NCBI GenBank assembly: GCA_030141605.1
Contig: JAQGDQ010000068.1
Location: forward strand, 310,001-374,000
Source: Tubiluchus corallicola
Taxonomy: Eukaryota > Animalia > Priapulida
Length of the DNA: 64,000 nt
Direction: 5' to 3'
A program made the translations under genes and the position numbers. The notes beneath the pieces are model-generated. The model saw nothing but the letters and a program-made list of their open reading frames with translations. It had not been told where the DNA came from and did not search any database. Of the stretch, positions 1-15,025 are shown piece after piece (the first letter of the stretch is position 1; every line of letters starts with the position of its first letter).

Positions 1-2786
1 CACCCAACAGTTATAAAACTATCTTGTTCTAGCCGTATTGTAATTTTTGTTATTGCAGTAAAACCAGGTTTAATTGTAGGCTACTTAAAAATGAATGATA
101 TACCATTTGATATAAAGGCTTGTCAGCTAGCTAACTAGTATTAATCGATGGTTAACTTGTACTATGGATAAAAACCCATTGTTCCATTTCTGTTCTTTCT
201 TGCATACGTTGCATACTAATTCAAACTAGTAACAGTTGCTAGGTATTATTATGTTATACAAGCTATCTATGGCAAAGTCGAACCATGGATACATACGCAA
301 CAGATGACTGTTGTGGCTTAATGTTTTACAGAAGTCTAGGTTGACAACAGTTACAATAGGCAAACAAATACAAAAGAAAATTATTCCATTGTGGACAAAA
401 TTGTTGCCTAGTTTTATAGTCTAAAAAGAATTATCTAACATACGACATTATAATAAAACTTCATCACAATCTAATTTACTGGTTTTATGACTGAGAGGCT
501 CGTATATACATGTAGTTGTTATTGATGTGGAAGCATGAATACAATAGGCACTAAAATACTCAATAAAAACTGTCTAAATACTATCATGCAAAAAGTTCAT
601 GGTTTTTCCTTGTTAACAATTCAGGAAATATTGCCAAGTTAACTAGCACAGTGTTTAGAATTTATAGTGATAAAATTAGAGTGAACAGAAAATTCTTAAT
701 TAAGTCTTCACAGGGTAAAAGGAGAAGCCCAACAAATTGGCATAAAAATATCTATTGACTGCACACATTGTAAACATATCATTACTCTATACAATATTAA
801 ATTACATTCCATTATTTTTATGTAAAGTTTAGACATAAATCTTATAATTAGGGTTGTTACTTAAATTCACAAATTTGTATTATTTACACATTGATAATGC
901 ATATAACTCAGATTATAGAAAGAAAACATCGTAGTCTTACCCATAATTCTAATTATCACCATATAAGTTGGTCTACTTAAAGGCTTACGCATGGGCCTAG
1001 TTGGCAAATCTTAATCCCGATCCATCTCACGTGCAGCACCTGTATTAAAATCATCAGAAGTAGACCTAATTATTAACGATATAAACACACATTTTTATTC
1101 GGATGTAATTAATACTATTAATAAAATACTATTTATTAACAACTACTGCTATAGAAGCCGACATTGTAATGAGCATGGATAGGCCCGTTTACCATAAGAG
1201 CACTGACGTCAACATAACAAGCTTAAATAAAATTACAAAGAACTAGAGGAACTGTAGGCCTATTACAAAATGTTTTTCAGTGCATAACTGGGATAACCCG
1301 ATATGTACATTGCAAAAAATAGTGAGCATTATATTTACATTAACTGTGTGATTCACTAAAAACTGGGTGAGTGCAAATAAAATGCCATTTGTTCTAAACG
1401 TCACCAATAAGAACTCTGACAATCCGTTCCATTCCAATAGAAAAAATTCCATAAAATTATTTAAACTCCAGAATCCATATTCCAAATTCCAGTGTAAAAC
1501 AAAAATTTAAAAAAAATAAAAGACACAGTATTGGCGAGTACACACCTCAGTGTAGTTTTAAAAATGATCGGGCTACATATACTCGTAATTTAGTAGAGAG
1601 AATAAACCAGCATTTTCAATTATTACTAGGGTGATTGACGTAATAATGTAAGAAGTGACAGAACATAAAAAATATGCTAACAAAACACTTTTGGTTATGT
1701 GAGAATCAACTGTCTTAAGTTAAATACTGTAGACCCTGTGAAACTGGGTTTTAGACTCTGTTGATAATCTCAAAGATAAGGAATTTATGACAACTATGGA
1801 AACGCAAGCTACATAGTCACAAAGTTTTTAAACTTTAACATGCTGTAGTAGGCCATCTACCTTAGGTGATTTATATTTACATTTTTATTTAACATCTTCA
1901 CTATTTAGCAACTGGTAGCAATATAAGGGTAAACTTTGACCTCAAGCGCATTAATCTACAATAATATTAAGTGTTTTTATTTATTTTATTATAATATTTC
2001 GAAATATGTCGAAATAAACTAAACTAAACATATAGAAGTTATCACTCGTATTAGCTGTTATGTTTACAATACATTCATCACAGACTGTGCAAACACGTAT
2101 AATATACCGTTTGTACCTATATGCAGTACAACTTAACTTCTGGAAATGCAGTGTGTAAACATGAAGAAATCAAGAAATCAACTAAAGGCGCTTATATGTG
2201 CATGTCAGGTGTAACAGTGTACACAAATTTGCATTGAATGGTTAAAATATTTTGCTTTGTTGTTTATATTAAATACCTGACAGAGTTTGCATCCTCAAAA
2301 GTCAAACATAACAGGTAGTGTTAGCCTGGTGATTACAATTTCAGGTACCAGTGGGTCTATATTACATCATTGCCTCATTAGCATATGAAATTTTTCCTTA
2401 TAACATTTTGCATAACATGCATTTGCAACTGATTTTAAACAAATCTTTAGTCACTAACGATTTTTCTTAAATTCAGCATTGCAAAACGTTTGAAACAGAA
2501 AGGAGAAAGACAATACTTTTTATGCAATTGAAATGTTGCGGAATGTGATTCTGTGAAGTTATTAATGGTCGTAAATACCTTCTCAGCTAACAAATATTTA
2601 TAATTATAAATTATAGCAGTATTGCACTAATTATAGGTTAAATTTTACACTTCTAGTGATACCTGTAACACTAAAATTTACATACCATAATACAGGTATG
2701 TAAAATACAATAAATTCATCTCTTTCATCTTTTTAAATAATTTCTAAAAATCCCAAAAAAAATTGAACAGTAATTACATAAACTAT

Positions 2787-5700
2787 TTAAATTGTGCTCA
2801 TCAGCTGTACTACTGCTTCACTATTTTCTTCATCACTAGAGTCCATGTCATCGGTCACAAAATTTTCTTTTAAAGCAACTTGTGAATCTCTTTTGGCTAT
2901 TCTTGACTTTTTCCATCGTTTTCCTCCATACAGACCAGCATATAGCAAGATTGCACTGCATAAGCTCAAACTTCCCCCAAAGATAAACATAATGAAAAAT
3001 GACTGAGTGTTGTCATACAAAGCCCCTATGAAAGAAAAATACATACTGTTTTTGAAACTTTCATAAGAAGCATAAAAAATAGTAAAACATTGATGGCCAG
3101 TCTCTTAAACAGTACAAATTTTAATCTTAATATCATATCGAAACTCCATAAAGTAATAACATTTTCTTCTAATTCTCTCGGCAATTTAGAAAATGATGCG
3201 TGATTTATTTAGAGAGAAAACTATATACACTAAAGAATTAATGTTGAAAAACTACTTGTCAGGGGGAACGTCATCATACAACGTTTAGTACACTGATAGG
3301 TAATTTTTCTTATGGAAGTGCTTTTGATAATTTGTCTGTTTTGCTCTCATACATACCTGCAATAGGAGGGCAAACTAGGCCACCAATTCCATGAGCAAAG
3401 TTGACATATCCGAAAGCATGCAATAGTGAATGTGCACCATATAGTTCTGTAAGTACTCCTGGAACACTAGTAGTAGACATTCCAAATGCTAGGCCAAATG
3501 CTGACGCAAGCAAAGCATATAAAATGTAAATTTTTCCCATTGGTATGATCATAGTAATCGTTCCCATTAGAACTAAACTGAAGTAGAAAATGTGTAAACT
3601 GTCCACTTTCAACATGCCAACAGCGCCTGTCATTAGTCTTCCAAGCATATTAAATACGCCCATAAGAGACATTATAAATGTGCTGTTATCAGGATCTATC
3701 CCTTGTGAAGTCACAAAATCATTTAGCATCACAAGCACTACATAAGCACTACCTATATATAGGAAGCTTGAACTAATAAATGCTAAGAATGATATTTTCT
3801 TAAGCAGGTAAAGTCCTTTCACAGTTTCCATATATGTTCGAATTTTATCAACTACAACATGAACATGATCTTTCTTTATCGATTTAAACTTTTCTTCACA
3901 TTGGTAATAAGGAGTCTTTGTTACATCAGATGTTTCAGGGATGAAAGATTCAACGACTATTTCAACTTTTTTTATTGGTTCACCTGTCCTTTGTGTTTCA
4001 ATTTTAAATGGCTCTGGAAGTGGACGAATCAGTGCCCCACATACACACATATTAAATGCTAATCCACCTGCTATAAGCATTGCACCTCTCCAAGAAAACA
4101 AGTCCACCATGTATTGAAGAATAAGTGGGAAAAGGAGGCAGCCTACTCCTGCTCCAGATGTTGCTATTGCCAAAGCTATTTTTCTTTTCCTGTCGAAGAC
4201 CATGCCTACTGATGCAACTGCTGGTGTGTATACTAATCCGGCCCCAATTCCTGAAAAATTGTCATGTTGACAAGGTAGTACATAAGAATAATCATTTGCA
4301 AGTTTGATTATCAATTGTCATTATCAGTTTATCAGTTATTATTGACCACCTCCGCCAATTAGTCAGTAATAGCAAAGACATATTTCAATGCTTTTATGTT
4401 TTACAGCTTTCAGCTTTATGGCATTCAGCAAAATTCTTGCTTAGACTTTAGACAAAATGACGTTCTTCTTATTCCTAGTCATTATTTTACATTTGCCTTT
4501 AGTCTTACCTGTCAGACAACCATAAGTCATCAGCAGGGTATTTAGGTTTGGTGCCACAAAGCTAACAGTATGTCCAATGCCAGAAACCAGCCCACCCAAA
4601 ATGACTGTTAGGCGACATCCAAGTTTGTGCGACAAAATGCTTGCAACGGGACCTAAAAATCAAATTATACACATTTTAACAACATTCATAGCCGAAATTC
4701 CTGAGTGACACCAAAACAGACAACAGACAGGAAAACAAATGGACAAACAACAAGAATGTAGAATGTACTGTGATGATGTACACGATGATGTAAAATCCAT
4801 CCTGTGGAGCTACCTGCAAAATAACAACAGTTTGAAAAAACATACAAAGATAATTTTACCAGCAGCACTTACAGTAGCTGGTTTACCTACCTAGGATATT
4901 TGTGAATATATTGTTTTCGTCATCAAATTTGTGTGAACTACAACAAACTTCTTAGGGTATGAGGACCTGTAACCCATTAAGATTAGGGTGTAAGATATTC
5001 ATGAAGAAATCCTGGACCTTTTTGTGGCATTTTCTTTGAGCCTGCGAACGTGAATTTGTGGTTTATCAGTGGTGGTTGTGTTGGCACTGTTAATGATTTC
5101 CAGTAATCTGAAATGACACAAGAAACTCAATCTGATCAGAGATGCCTGCAAAAGCAAAGGTTTTCATCCAACAAGAACAGTCCTGTAAAATACCTGTGCA
5201 AGAAGGTTACTAGTCCAGTAAGTAACCAAGCTGATCCTAGTAAACCAGCAAATAGCCAAGTTATAAGAGAAATGCAATCGGAAAGATTTCATGCTATATG
5301 AAGCGAAACTAACAGACACAACAGAGGACATTGTAAAGCAGGTGCAGAAAGAAATGAAAATGCATGCAGTGATACCTAGTGTCATAGCTACAGTGCTCTA
5401 AATACAGTTGCGCTGCCTTCAGCCTTAATCAGCCATAACCAGCGGAAAAGATACCAGCTTATAAAAGTGAAGCCTGAAAGAATTGCTGCTGGAATGCAGG
5501 AATTGTCTACATTGTAGGATACAAGAACACTACAAGCTAGTATCGTATGGATTTGTTATGTTATGGATTAATGAGGTTGCAGAATTATACCACAGCTATG
5601 CAGACATTCTCAAGCTTTTGAATAAATTTTATAACTAACCTATTGGCTACTGTCTGAATTCAGTTTAGCTACAGTACAAGAAGAATGCTGGTATGGGAGG

Positions 5701-8700
5701 TCTTCAGTCTTTGATTATTTTCATGATGTGATGCGTTTTCGTGTTGCCAGTGGTGGATCTTCAAATGAATTTTACTTTTCATATCACCAACAAATTGCTT
5801 TTGCGTGATGCACCAGAAATATTCATTGGAATCTCTGCTTTTGCTCTTGGCTTTTGTCAAAAATTTGATCATTTACCACATAATATTTTATGAAAGACCA
5901 CTAGACAAGAGTACATTACTATCACGCAGACCATCGTGTAAACAATGCAACAGAAAATACTATATCAAAAGATAGGGCACAGGAGCGATACAAGAGACTT
6001 CAGGTTAGCCTCAAAAGCCAACGATTAAAATTCTCGTTGGCGCTTACAAGGTTAGTATCAAATAACGTTTCTTCGGGTTATGGTCACGCAAATGCATGTT
6101 ATAGTAAAGAGTTTTTGCAATTGAAGGTTTTGAGGATACAATACAAAATGGCCTTAATTTAGTGAGTGCAAATAGTAGCAGCCAGTTAAAGGAAAAGACA
6201 ATTCATTTAGCATGTTAGGTTCATTAACTTTTATTTTACTGTTATTTGGAAAAAATATAACAAAGAAATGTGCAAAAATGTTGTCTATAAAGCAAAAGTT
6301 AATTTACACTCTTCTGTTCACAAGATTGCGTTCATTACACTCTTCTGTCCACAAGATTATGTTCACTGCACTCTTCTGTTGACAAGATTATGTCCACTAC
6401 ACTCTTCTGTTGACAAAATTATGGTTGCTGCACTCTTCTGTTCACAATATTACGTTCACTACACTCTACTGTTCACAAGATTATGTTCACTACACTCTTC
6501 TGTTCACAAGATTATGATCGCTGCACTCTTCTGATCACAAGATTATGTTCACCACACTCTTATATTCAAAAGATTATGTTCACTACACTGTTCCGTTATC
6601 AAGATTATGTTGGCTACACTTTTTTGCTCACTGTGAATAACGTGCACTCGTAAAAACGGCATACTAGTACATTATTTATTGGAATCAGACAAAGCAGGCC
6701 CATTAACAAGCTCTACAAAAATGCATGTTTACAATGAAAAGAAATAGTTCATGCAACAACGTTAGTAAATACGATGAAAAAAATCCCGTGCGTAGGATGA
6801 AACAGCTAAAATGTAGAGACGTAAACGGGTACAAGCAAAAGATGAAGTTGGTGATAGAAGGATCAACATGTACAATCCTGCCACATGTAATGGTAATAAT
6901 GACGATTGCAGTATTATAGATGAGAATTAAAAACTTGCGCAATAAAAACAAGGAAAAAGAAAGAAACAACGCTTCAAGCACTTCAGTTCTTTTTCAGGCA
7001 CGCTAAAAAAGAACAAAGACTGAGAAGCAATTACAAGAAAGTACTTTTTTATCATTTTTACGTTCACCTAAAAGAGAACTTGAAAACTTCAAAGAGAAAA
7101 CAGTGGTAGCTTGAAACCTTTTCCTTTCTTTTTTCTTTCATTGTTTTTAATTGTGGGTTTTTTATTAGCTGTCACTATTCTTGTCACTAAGAATTAATCT
7201 GTGTTGCTTAAACACATTAATAACATTAACAACATAATACAAGCCTACGGGTATTTACTAAAATGAACGTCTTGTGTTGCTTTTGCTTCTCTAATAACGT
7301 ATAAGTTTATTACTAAATTTAACACGCTCTAAATTGTTAGTAAATACATTTGAAGGAAACACCTTCACAACATTCTCATATAATGCGCCTCTCGTTTTCG
7401 TTAAGCACGATACGTCAAGAATGTATTCCATAAACCAGATTTATACAGCACAGTTAAAAAGACGGCAAATTCTCAAGTTGCTAGAGGCCCATCATCAAGA
7501 TCATTATCATCATTCATGATTTTTTTACGAAATACTCGTTCTGTCTTGCTTGCTGCTTGCCTGTTAATCGCGTGAATCAATCTGACAGAATTAAATCTAC
7601 CTTCATTTATGTGAACATAAACATAATCTTCCTAAACCACAAACAGTTTCACAAAATTTTGTAATGACTGACAATATAGGAATATAATTTATTCTGTGAA
7701 ATAACTAAGTTACCAGGGTGTAGTGTTAAAGTTTTGAGAAGACATATGTACTCAAGTAATAGAATCTGGTCAGATGTGTTTTTCCGTTTTTTTGATGTGC
7801 ATAATGTATCAGCTTTACAATGCATTAGTAAACTAGATACACCAATATGCGCCTAAACCAGAAACAATATACCCGTCAGTGTCTTGAAAGGCAAAAGTGA
7901 GAGTTAGTTGAAAACAAACTAATATAGAAGCACTACATCTGGAATTTCCGTCATTCCTGATTTGAAAACTTCAAGCCATCTTATTCAGACTGAGCTTAAG
8001 CATTTAAATGATCATTTACTGATATATGATTCTAAAATGAATGAATTAGTGGCAAGTTGCGACGCGAATAAAAGAGAGATTGCCACTTTACGGGAAACTG
8101 ATTTTAAACAGTAACACAAGTTAAACAAGGATGACAAAAAGCGTGATGGCAGTCAAAAGTGAAATTACAGAAAAAGTGATTTGCAGCTTTCTGAAAATCG
8201 TCGCAGCAGCATTATAATTCATGACATTGTTCCTCTTGATTCGTCTGATTTAAAAGCTAACACGATGAAAAGGTTGTTAAACTATTAACTGATTCCAGGA
8301 GGGGTGATGCTCAAGCGATTTACTTGCGTCGGCTTCGCCGATCTCAAAACGGAAGCGGTAGCTGAGCTTGACAAACTGGTTGAAACCCTGTCGTCTGAAC
8401 ATAATAAGAGTAACAAGCTTCGCGCCAGGAAAAAGAAGCTACGTGTACAGTTTCTGACGTCACGTACGACATGAAAGTAACAGCTGATCGTACCTGGGAG
8501 CTTAGCATTCATCCGTCGTACGCGAAACACGGAAGCAAACAACTAGATCTAGTCAAACAGAAAAATGAATCCTAGACTTTGCACCTATAAACACAGGCTG
8601 TAAATTGGACCATAGTGAATGTTGTCTGAATTAAACAGCGCTGGTTGTAATAATTCTTAAGATGATTGTTTCAGTGTGAATGCCATTTATTTTATTATTT

Positions 8701-9610
8701 TATCTTTTTACTTAAAGGTATGACCTCTATATTTCGGTTAGCGTGGCAAAAAAGCAACTGTAATTTAGTGCTGTTTTAAAATTACATTTCACTGTGAATG
8801 CCATTTATTTTATTATTTCATCTTTTTATTTAAAGGTATGACCCCTAAATTCAGTTTGCGCGGCAAGAAATGAACTGTAATTTGGTGCTGTTTTAAAATC
8901 TACACTTCTTATCTAGCTATAAAAAAACGTTAAACGTCAAATGCTTATTGCACTGAGAACATGACGAACAACAATTACAAGTTAGTTTAACGTCACATTG
9001 CAAATTAGTACATTGTAAATCTATCTTTTAGCTGTAAATAAATTACATTTCTAAGCTATTAAACTAGGATTTTATGCTACAGTTCTACATGTCTATAAGC
9101 ACACTATGCACAGGTAGTGCGAACAGGTATATGCCTTACTCTGCATGATAACTGTTTTCCATTCCACGATAAATGGAGCATGATTACGTCCTTTTTAGGG
9201 ATTGACCATTCTGGTCATAGTGGTGGTGTAGACATCATTTGAAAAAATCTGCTCAAGTGATCATCCTGTCCGCGTCTCAATCCGCTTGACTATGCCAAAT
9301 AATTTGTATGTGACCACTAATTTATTTGGCGATACTTATTACCGAATAGTGTGTGTATACAGGTGACCAGCAACCAGTTGTAGCAGTTTTATTATGATGT
9401 TTTGTGGAATTATGTGTTGATAGAGATGAACAAGTTATTACTATTGAAGATGTCAATCTTCTTGCAATAAACTGGAGACTATAAAGAGCGCGCCTGAATT
9501 GCTCATTTACAGCAAGCTTCTTGAATTTAGTGACATAGCCTGTTTATAACAGGTAATTAAATCTGTAGGAAACCTATTTCCGATAGCACAATTATTGTAT
9601 ATATATATTA

Positions 9611-9656
<46 letters not shown>

Positions 9657-12600
9657 TCATGTATTTATTATATAAATACATGTCAAATGTATTTATACAT
9701 ATATAAAGTTAAAACTGGATTTATTATACTGTAGTTTACTAAGGCTAATTATGAAAATTATGAAGTGTTCTGTATGTAGTAAGAACGTAGTCTTCTACAG
9801 CTTAATTGTACAATGAATAACTTTAAAGCCAAGCGAATCGCTACTGGTTCATTAACTATGTAATTGTCTTAATGCACATGATGTTATAAAAGTGCAGACA
9901 GGGAACAGATCCCTGCGTAAAACCTGTCTGGTGCGTAAAATGCTGAGAATGCTGAGGTTATCCTTATATAAGTCCTCTAAAGTACTTATATAGTATGTAA
10001 CTGTGCACAGATCAAATAGATACTAACGATTATCCTAAAATCAATGCGCCGTCTAACCTTTTTTTGTAATTTAATATGTACGTCTCACCTTGTAACATTG
10101 TTGTAAATAAGTATTTGCGTCATGATGTTTTAATCAATCGTACTTTGCTTTTATTTTATCTCTAGCTAGGAACTACCTAGAAGATCAACAAAATACTAAT
10201 TTCTAATAATATGCTTTTCGAGAACTTCCTTTAGATACAAAAAACCTTCAGTCTAATCACAATAAAATCCATAGTAGCACACCTCATCTTATATTTAGTA
10301 CATCTCTAACAGTACAACTCTGGACAAGTTCCGTTTTTAGCGTAGTTAAATTTTACCTGGGGTGCATGTAAGTCACACAGGCAGTATTCAGCTTCGCCCC
10401 ATAAAATATTGTGCAGTTGTATCTCCAGGCAGAAGTATCTTAAAATACTAGCAACTGATAATTTGGTGTTGCAATAATCATATTACTCTGGAGAAAACGT
10501 TTTTCCTTCTTCTATTTTTGACTTTCATTATACGAAACCGGTTTTTGAACGAGACAGTGGTAGCATCGCAGGCACCGATGCCGCAAATTCAGAATACCAC
10601 TTTAGATTCAATTGCTATTGATTGTGAATTGATTTACATTATTCTTGAAAAAATCTAAACCTAAATATGGTAACACGCCTGATAATATTCCATCAGCATT
10701 ACTTCGCGACTGCGCCGAGGTATTAGCACACTCGATTTATATTGGGTGTGAGAATCGTACATGCTCATTCTGTAGAAAAGAAATTGAAGACGAATTACAA
10801 TTTGTTTTAAAATGCCCATACGACAATGATCTTAGAGAAAAATTATATAATCACATCAATGTAATTATACCAGAATTTTTCCTTATGAGCGAGGCTAATG
10901 AATTTTTATTCTTGATGGGAAGTAGTGATTTAGAAGTAATTAAGGCATTTATTAATTACGTTGAAAAAGCGTTTTTAAGACACGATGAACAATATACTAT
11001 GTAATAATCATATCATTGAATATCAGGTCATATTTGTTTTATTAGTAATTGTTTTGCTTGTATATACTGTCATTATATTTCAAAGTAGAAATTGTATATA
11101 TGTCTTGTTTTTTTGTATATTTCAAAATTGAAATTGTATGTATGTCTTGTATGTAATTTTGACACAAATCAATAAATAAATATATACATTTTAGCACATC
11201 CCTAAATTCTGGACAAGTTCCGTTTTTAGCGTGGTTAAATTTTAGCGGGGATGCATGTAAGTCACACTGGCAGTGTTGACCATGCTTGTTTTATTATATT
11301 CGCAAATATATAAAAAATACAATAATGCAAAGAAAATTTACCATACAAAACTAGCTAAAAGTCTGCGAACAACTAGTTTATTTACAAGTGCAGCCTGGTG
11401 GCCTAGTGCAGCTTCGCCGCATAAAATATCATGCATATCTCCAGGCAGAAGTATCTTAAAATACTCGCAACTGATAATTTGGTGTTGCAATAATTATTTT
11501 GCTCTGGGAAAAACGTTGTTGCTTCTTCTATTTTTGACCTTCATTATACAAAACCGGTTGAAACCAGTTATCCCAACTAGACTGATCTGGTCTGGCGGTG
11601 TCGTATTGATTGTCAGCAAACCAGCGAGCTCTTGACGCAACACAGTGCAATCGTGCAACCTTGCTTTATACGTTTTCACGTTACGTGGGGTGGGTGGGGG
11701 GCGTCAAAAATAACAAAGGAAAACACTTGATTCTTTAGAAATATTTTTGAAAAACTGATGCTGTAAGACGATGCTGCAAAACGGCATTTCTGACAAATTG
11801 TGTATTAATTGCTGAATCTCCTCATGACCACAAGGTCTCACTGACACTGAATTCTATCAAATTAGGCAAAATTCATAGAGGTTGACTCGTATTTACATTA
11901 TACAGACGCGCTCACGTCAATAACCTTTTATCATGCAGTCGTGTACAAAGGCTGCAAATTTGAAAAATGAACTTAAACAAAAAGGTCTAACGTTCTGAAA
12001 ACTGCAGAAATCTCGTCTCGGTCACTTCATGGATACAAGTGGAAAAGAATAGATACAATCCACTTAACAAGCGAGTATTAGTGAGCTGTGCCGTTGTACA
12101 TTGCATGCTGTTTTCCTAAGAAACGAAGTTCCTTGCGGAGTAAGAAGTCACATGTTTATATGGGTCAATTGATGAAGCCAACAGCCCTGGCCAAATGGCA
12201 AATGCTAAACTGTCTAACGTCTACTTAACTCGCACACTCGCCATACTTCTCTAAAATGTAGACACTAATTAAACGAATATTATTAATATTATTAAATACT
12301 TAAAAACTAGATTTTGCTTGTTATTAATATTTACAATGTCATGAATGCAAAAATAATAAGTACACTAATAACTAGAGCTATGTAATTAGGCCTACTGAGT
12401 AATTATTGATAGGGATAGACGCTAAATGTAAAGCTTCAACGCCTGTTTTTATACATTTATGAAAAATGAAAAGAAAAGTGAAAGCTGGCGAGTGCTGGGT
12501 TCCTACATGCACCTAAACTAGTGCACAGGATCTTATAGTAGTGAGAACATTAACTAACATTATCCGCATCATTCACAACAGAAATATCTCAGAGTTAAAA

Positions 12601-13657
12601 CACATTTGTCGCAACTCACTTCGCCTAAGCATCAATAGTATCATTCTCTTGCCATGCATAAAACAAAAGCTTAGTGAAAATGACACAACAACTATACTTC
12701 CATGCATTCGTGTCCCTCTCCCGCCTGAACTTGGAAAATTACGTAGGTCTAAAATTTTAATGCATGTGCTGTATTTAAAATGCCATACGACACATTACCC
12801 AGAAAGCAACTGACAGGCTGACAGCTGAGGTCCTGTGGTAAAATGTCTTGTCAAGCGGGGGTGGGGGACCTCAAATCACCAAAGTCGACTTACGACAACT
12901 TTCGGTTCAGACCGATCGACCGACCAACTGAATTTTTGTGCTGTTTTCGCTGGTTGTTCGTCGTTGCGGTTGTCACTAAGCCGTTGGCATGAAGCGATAC
13001 GCATGCAATAATGCATTTTGGTTATATTAAAGAACCTATGGGCATGTTCACAATTTTTGGCACTTTTCGGGTAAAGTATATCAATGCCAGTCCGACGACT
13101 ACCCAAATCGCCAACAGAAGTTAACATTGATAATGATAAAAGCTTTTCGTATTAAAATATGATTTCTTTGTTTGATGAACCTTTTGCCCACCATGTTTTT
13201 GTCTTGTCAGTCTCTCGTGTGTCATTGTGCGCATGCTCAGGAAAGCAGTTTAAAGTACACCAACATATTAAGCTTGTACCTACTATTACCTTTATAAACA
13301 CATTATGAAAACATTAATAGTAGCTTAACAAGTACGCTTAACCGAAACATCAACGCTTCTTCCCATTTTCAATTTCATGTGGAATCAATATGATAATATT
13401 CTTGTACTCAGAATAGCATCACAGATAACTGTAGAAAGCAAAAAAAATCACTTACCAAGCAAACACATCAAAGCTGGTGGGAGAGCTCCTAACAGGGCAA
13501 CCCGGGCCCTCGATTCTCCCAACTCTTCAATGAGCGCCACGGCGTAGACGCCGAAAGAAAACACTAGACCTGCTAAAAGTAAATGTGCATAATAGGACGC
13601 CAACATGACTACCCAGCTCCAACCACTGTCTACTGCGAATTTGTGCCTTGACTTCAT
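2787..13657 (-). CDS. Monocarboxylate transporter family (SLC16/MFS) protein, 4 coding exons, ~492 aa
   Basis: Minus-strand exons 13657-13456, 4652-4509, 4250-3357 and 3025-2787 join in frame through GT-AG phase-1 introns (1479 nt). N-terminal 'DSGWSWVVMLAS' matches the SLC16 D-G-G-W-G-W motif. Also 'FDRKRKIALAIATSGAGVG', 'WRGAMLIAGGLAFNMCVCGALIRP', a central hydrophilic loop and 'PPIAGALYD'. The exact orthologue cannot be assigned by eye. Confidence 0.92.
6305..6630. repeat. 31-bp minisatellite, ~10 copies
   Basis: Unit ~CACTCTTCTGTTCACAAGATTATGTTCACTA, with starts at 6307, 6338 and so on. Confidence 0.95.
8676..8900. repeat. ~118-bp tandem duplication
   Basis: TGTGAATGCCATTTATTTTATTATTT...GTGCTGTTTTAAAAT occurs twice (~8676 and ~8793). 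Confidence 0.85.
9130..10740 (+). mobile_element. Highly decayed CR1/L2-type LINE remnants (endonuclease and RT N-terminal fragments)
   Basis: Relic motifs SGGV (~9220), VCVYR*P (~9349) and a GD[F/Y]-like motif (~9474) of the APE domain, plus 'LKKSKPKYGNTPDNIPSALLRDCAEVLAHSI' (10645-10737) preceding the RT. Interrupted by other repeats, so boundaries are approximate. Confidence 0.5.
9597..9654. repeat. (TA)n microsatellite
   Basis: Long TATATA run. Confidence 0.95.
10741..11183 (+). mobile_element. 5'-truncated non-LTR retrotransposon 3' end
   Basis: C-terminal zinc-knuckle-like 'RTCSFCRKEIEDELQFVLKCP..DLR', a stop, an AT-rich 3' UTR and an AATAAATAAA tail at 11171. Confidence 0.7.
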
Positions 13658-15025
13658 CCTCCTTTTGTAGTAGATTTTTTCCACTGCCACAGAAAAAAGC
13701 TACATTTGTTGCAGAAATTCTCAGCGTAATAGTGCTATCCCAGCACTAATTCTGAAATCACAAGGCTTAATATGTCCATGATAAACTGTACCAATGAGTC
13801 AGACTGCGATCACTACATTTACATGGTAACACAGCCACATAGAGCTGGCGAAATCTAAAAGCGGAAGAACAAAACAGCTGATACAGCGACCTAGTGCGCA
13901 TGCGTTAATTGCCATTTGGGTCAAATAACGGCTATCGTTAGGCTGCAGATTCGCGGCTGAATAAAAAATTATTGAATTGGCTTAAAGTTTCAATTAAGAC
14001 CAAAAATTGTTGAAAATAGTCATTTCGCATTTGAATTGTATTTCATTCTGATTGTTTTCTCTTGAAGACAAATGGTGTTGCTAGCCTCAGCCGACTAAAA
14101 TACTAAAATGCCCTTCACAAGTTCACATTGTGCAAACTTCAGACTTGACAGATGCTTTAAAGCTTGCACTTTAAAAATTGGAGAGTATTTTTATTTTCAC
14201 ATATATTATCAAGATGGGATTAAAAATATTTAAATCTTTTGTGATTTACCTAAAGATGTAATGGGAGGGGGCAGAGATGTGCAATTGCAATACTGCAAAA
14301 ATGAATTATAAAAACGTGCATCAAATGATTGTAAAAGTCAGTTTTCAGTAACTTCTAATTTCCATCTGTTGAGTCAAAGAATTTCGAAACTCGCCGAAGT
14401 TGTTTATTTGTGCCTCACATAAATTAACGTTACTAAATGTCAATTAGAAAAAACCAGGAGAAATCCAATTTATACTTACATAAAATTCTTCGTATATATT
14501 TTTAAATAGATATTATTCTCGTTATAAAGAATTTAAAAACTCTATATTATATGTTTTAACTATAAATACTTTATATTTTTTTATGTGTCTTGCCACAGAT
14601 TTTGAACGGTTTTAGTAAAATATTCAATTTTATTTTATCAGTTTGCAAGATGAAAAGGTTTTGAAAATTCAGTTCTTTTTTGTCAAAAATATTTGTAATA
14701 AGTTTATTTCTTAACAGGTCGGTATTTTGAGTCTCATCAATGGGTTATGTGTATCCCATGAATCGAAGAGAAACTACGCCGACAACCGAACAAAGAATTC
14801 CTCGTCGCCATTGATTATGCTAATGTTTCCCCAGCTACTCAAATACTGTACCCCGGCGGAGCAAATCTTCTGCAGTTCAGTCACATCGGTGACACTTCCG
14901 TGAACCGCAACATCGTACATGTTGCTGCAGCTGACAGGCAGTTGTTACTGCAGTAGAAATCGATCAATTTCAGACAAAGAGTTTTTCCAACTTGAATTTA
15001 CAGGCTTTTCGATCTCATTCGTGTG

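Noticed and set aside
5230-5640. Possible pogo/Tigger transposase relic (HAVIP-like motif)
   Set aside because: The similarity is too weak and fragmentary, and no TIRs were found.
6305-6630. 31-bp repeats as a CRISPR array
   Set aside because: The units are contiguous with no unique spacers, there are no cas genes, and the context is a eukaryotic intron.
13658-13690. GTG start extending the SLC16 first exon
   Set aside because: The ORF track uses alternative starts. In this eukaryotic context the first in-frame ATG is at 13657.
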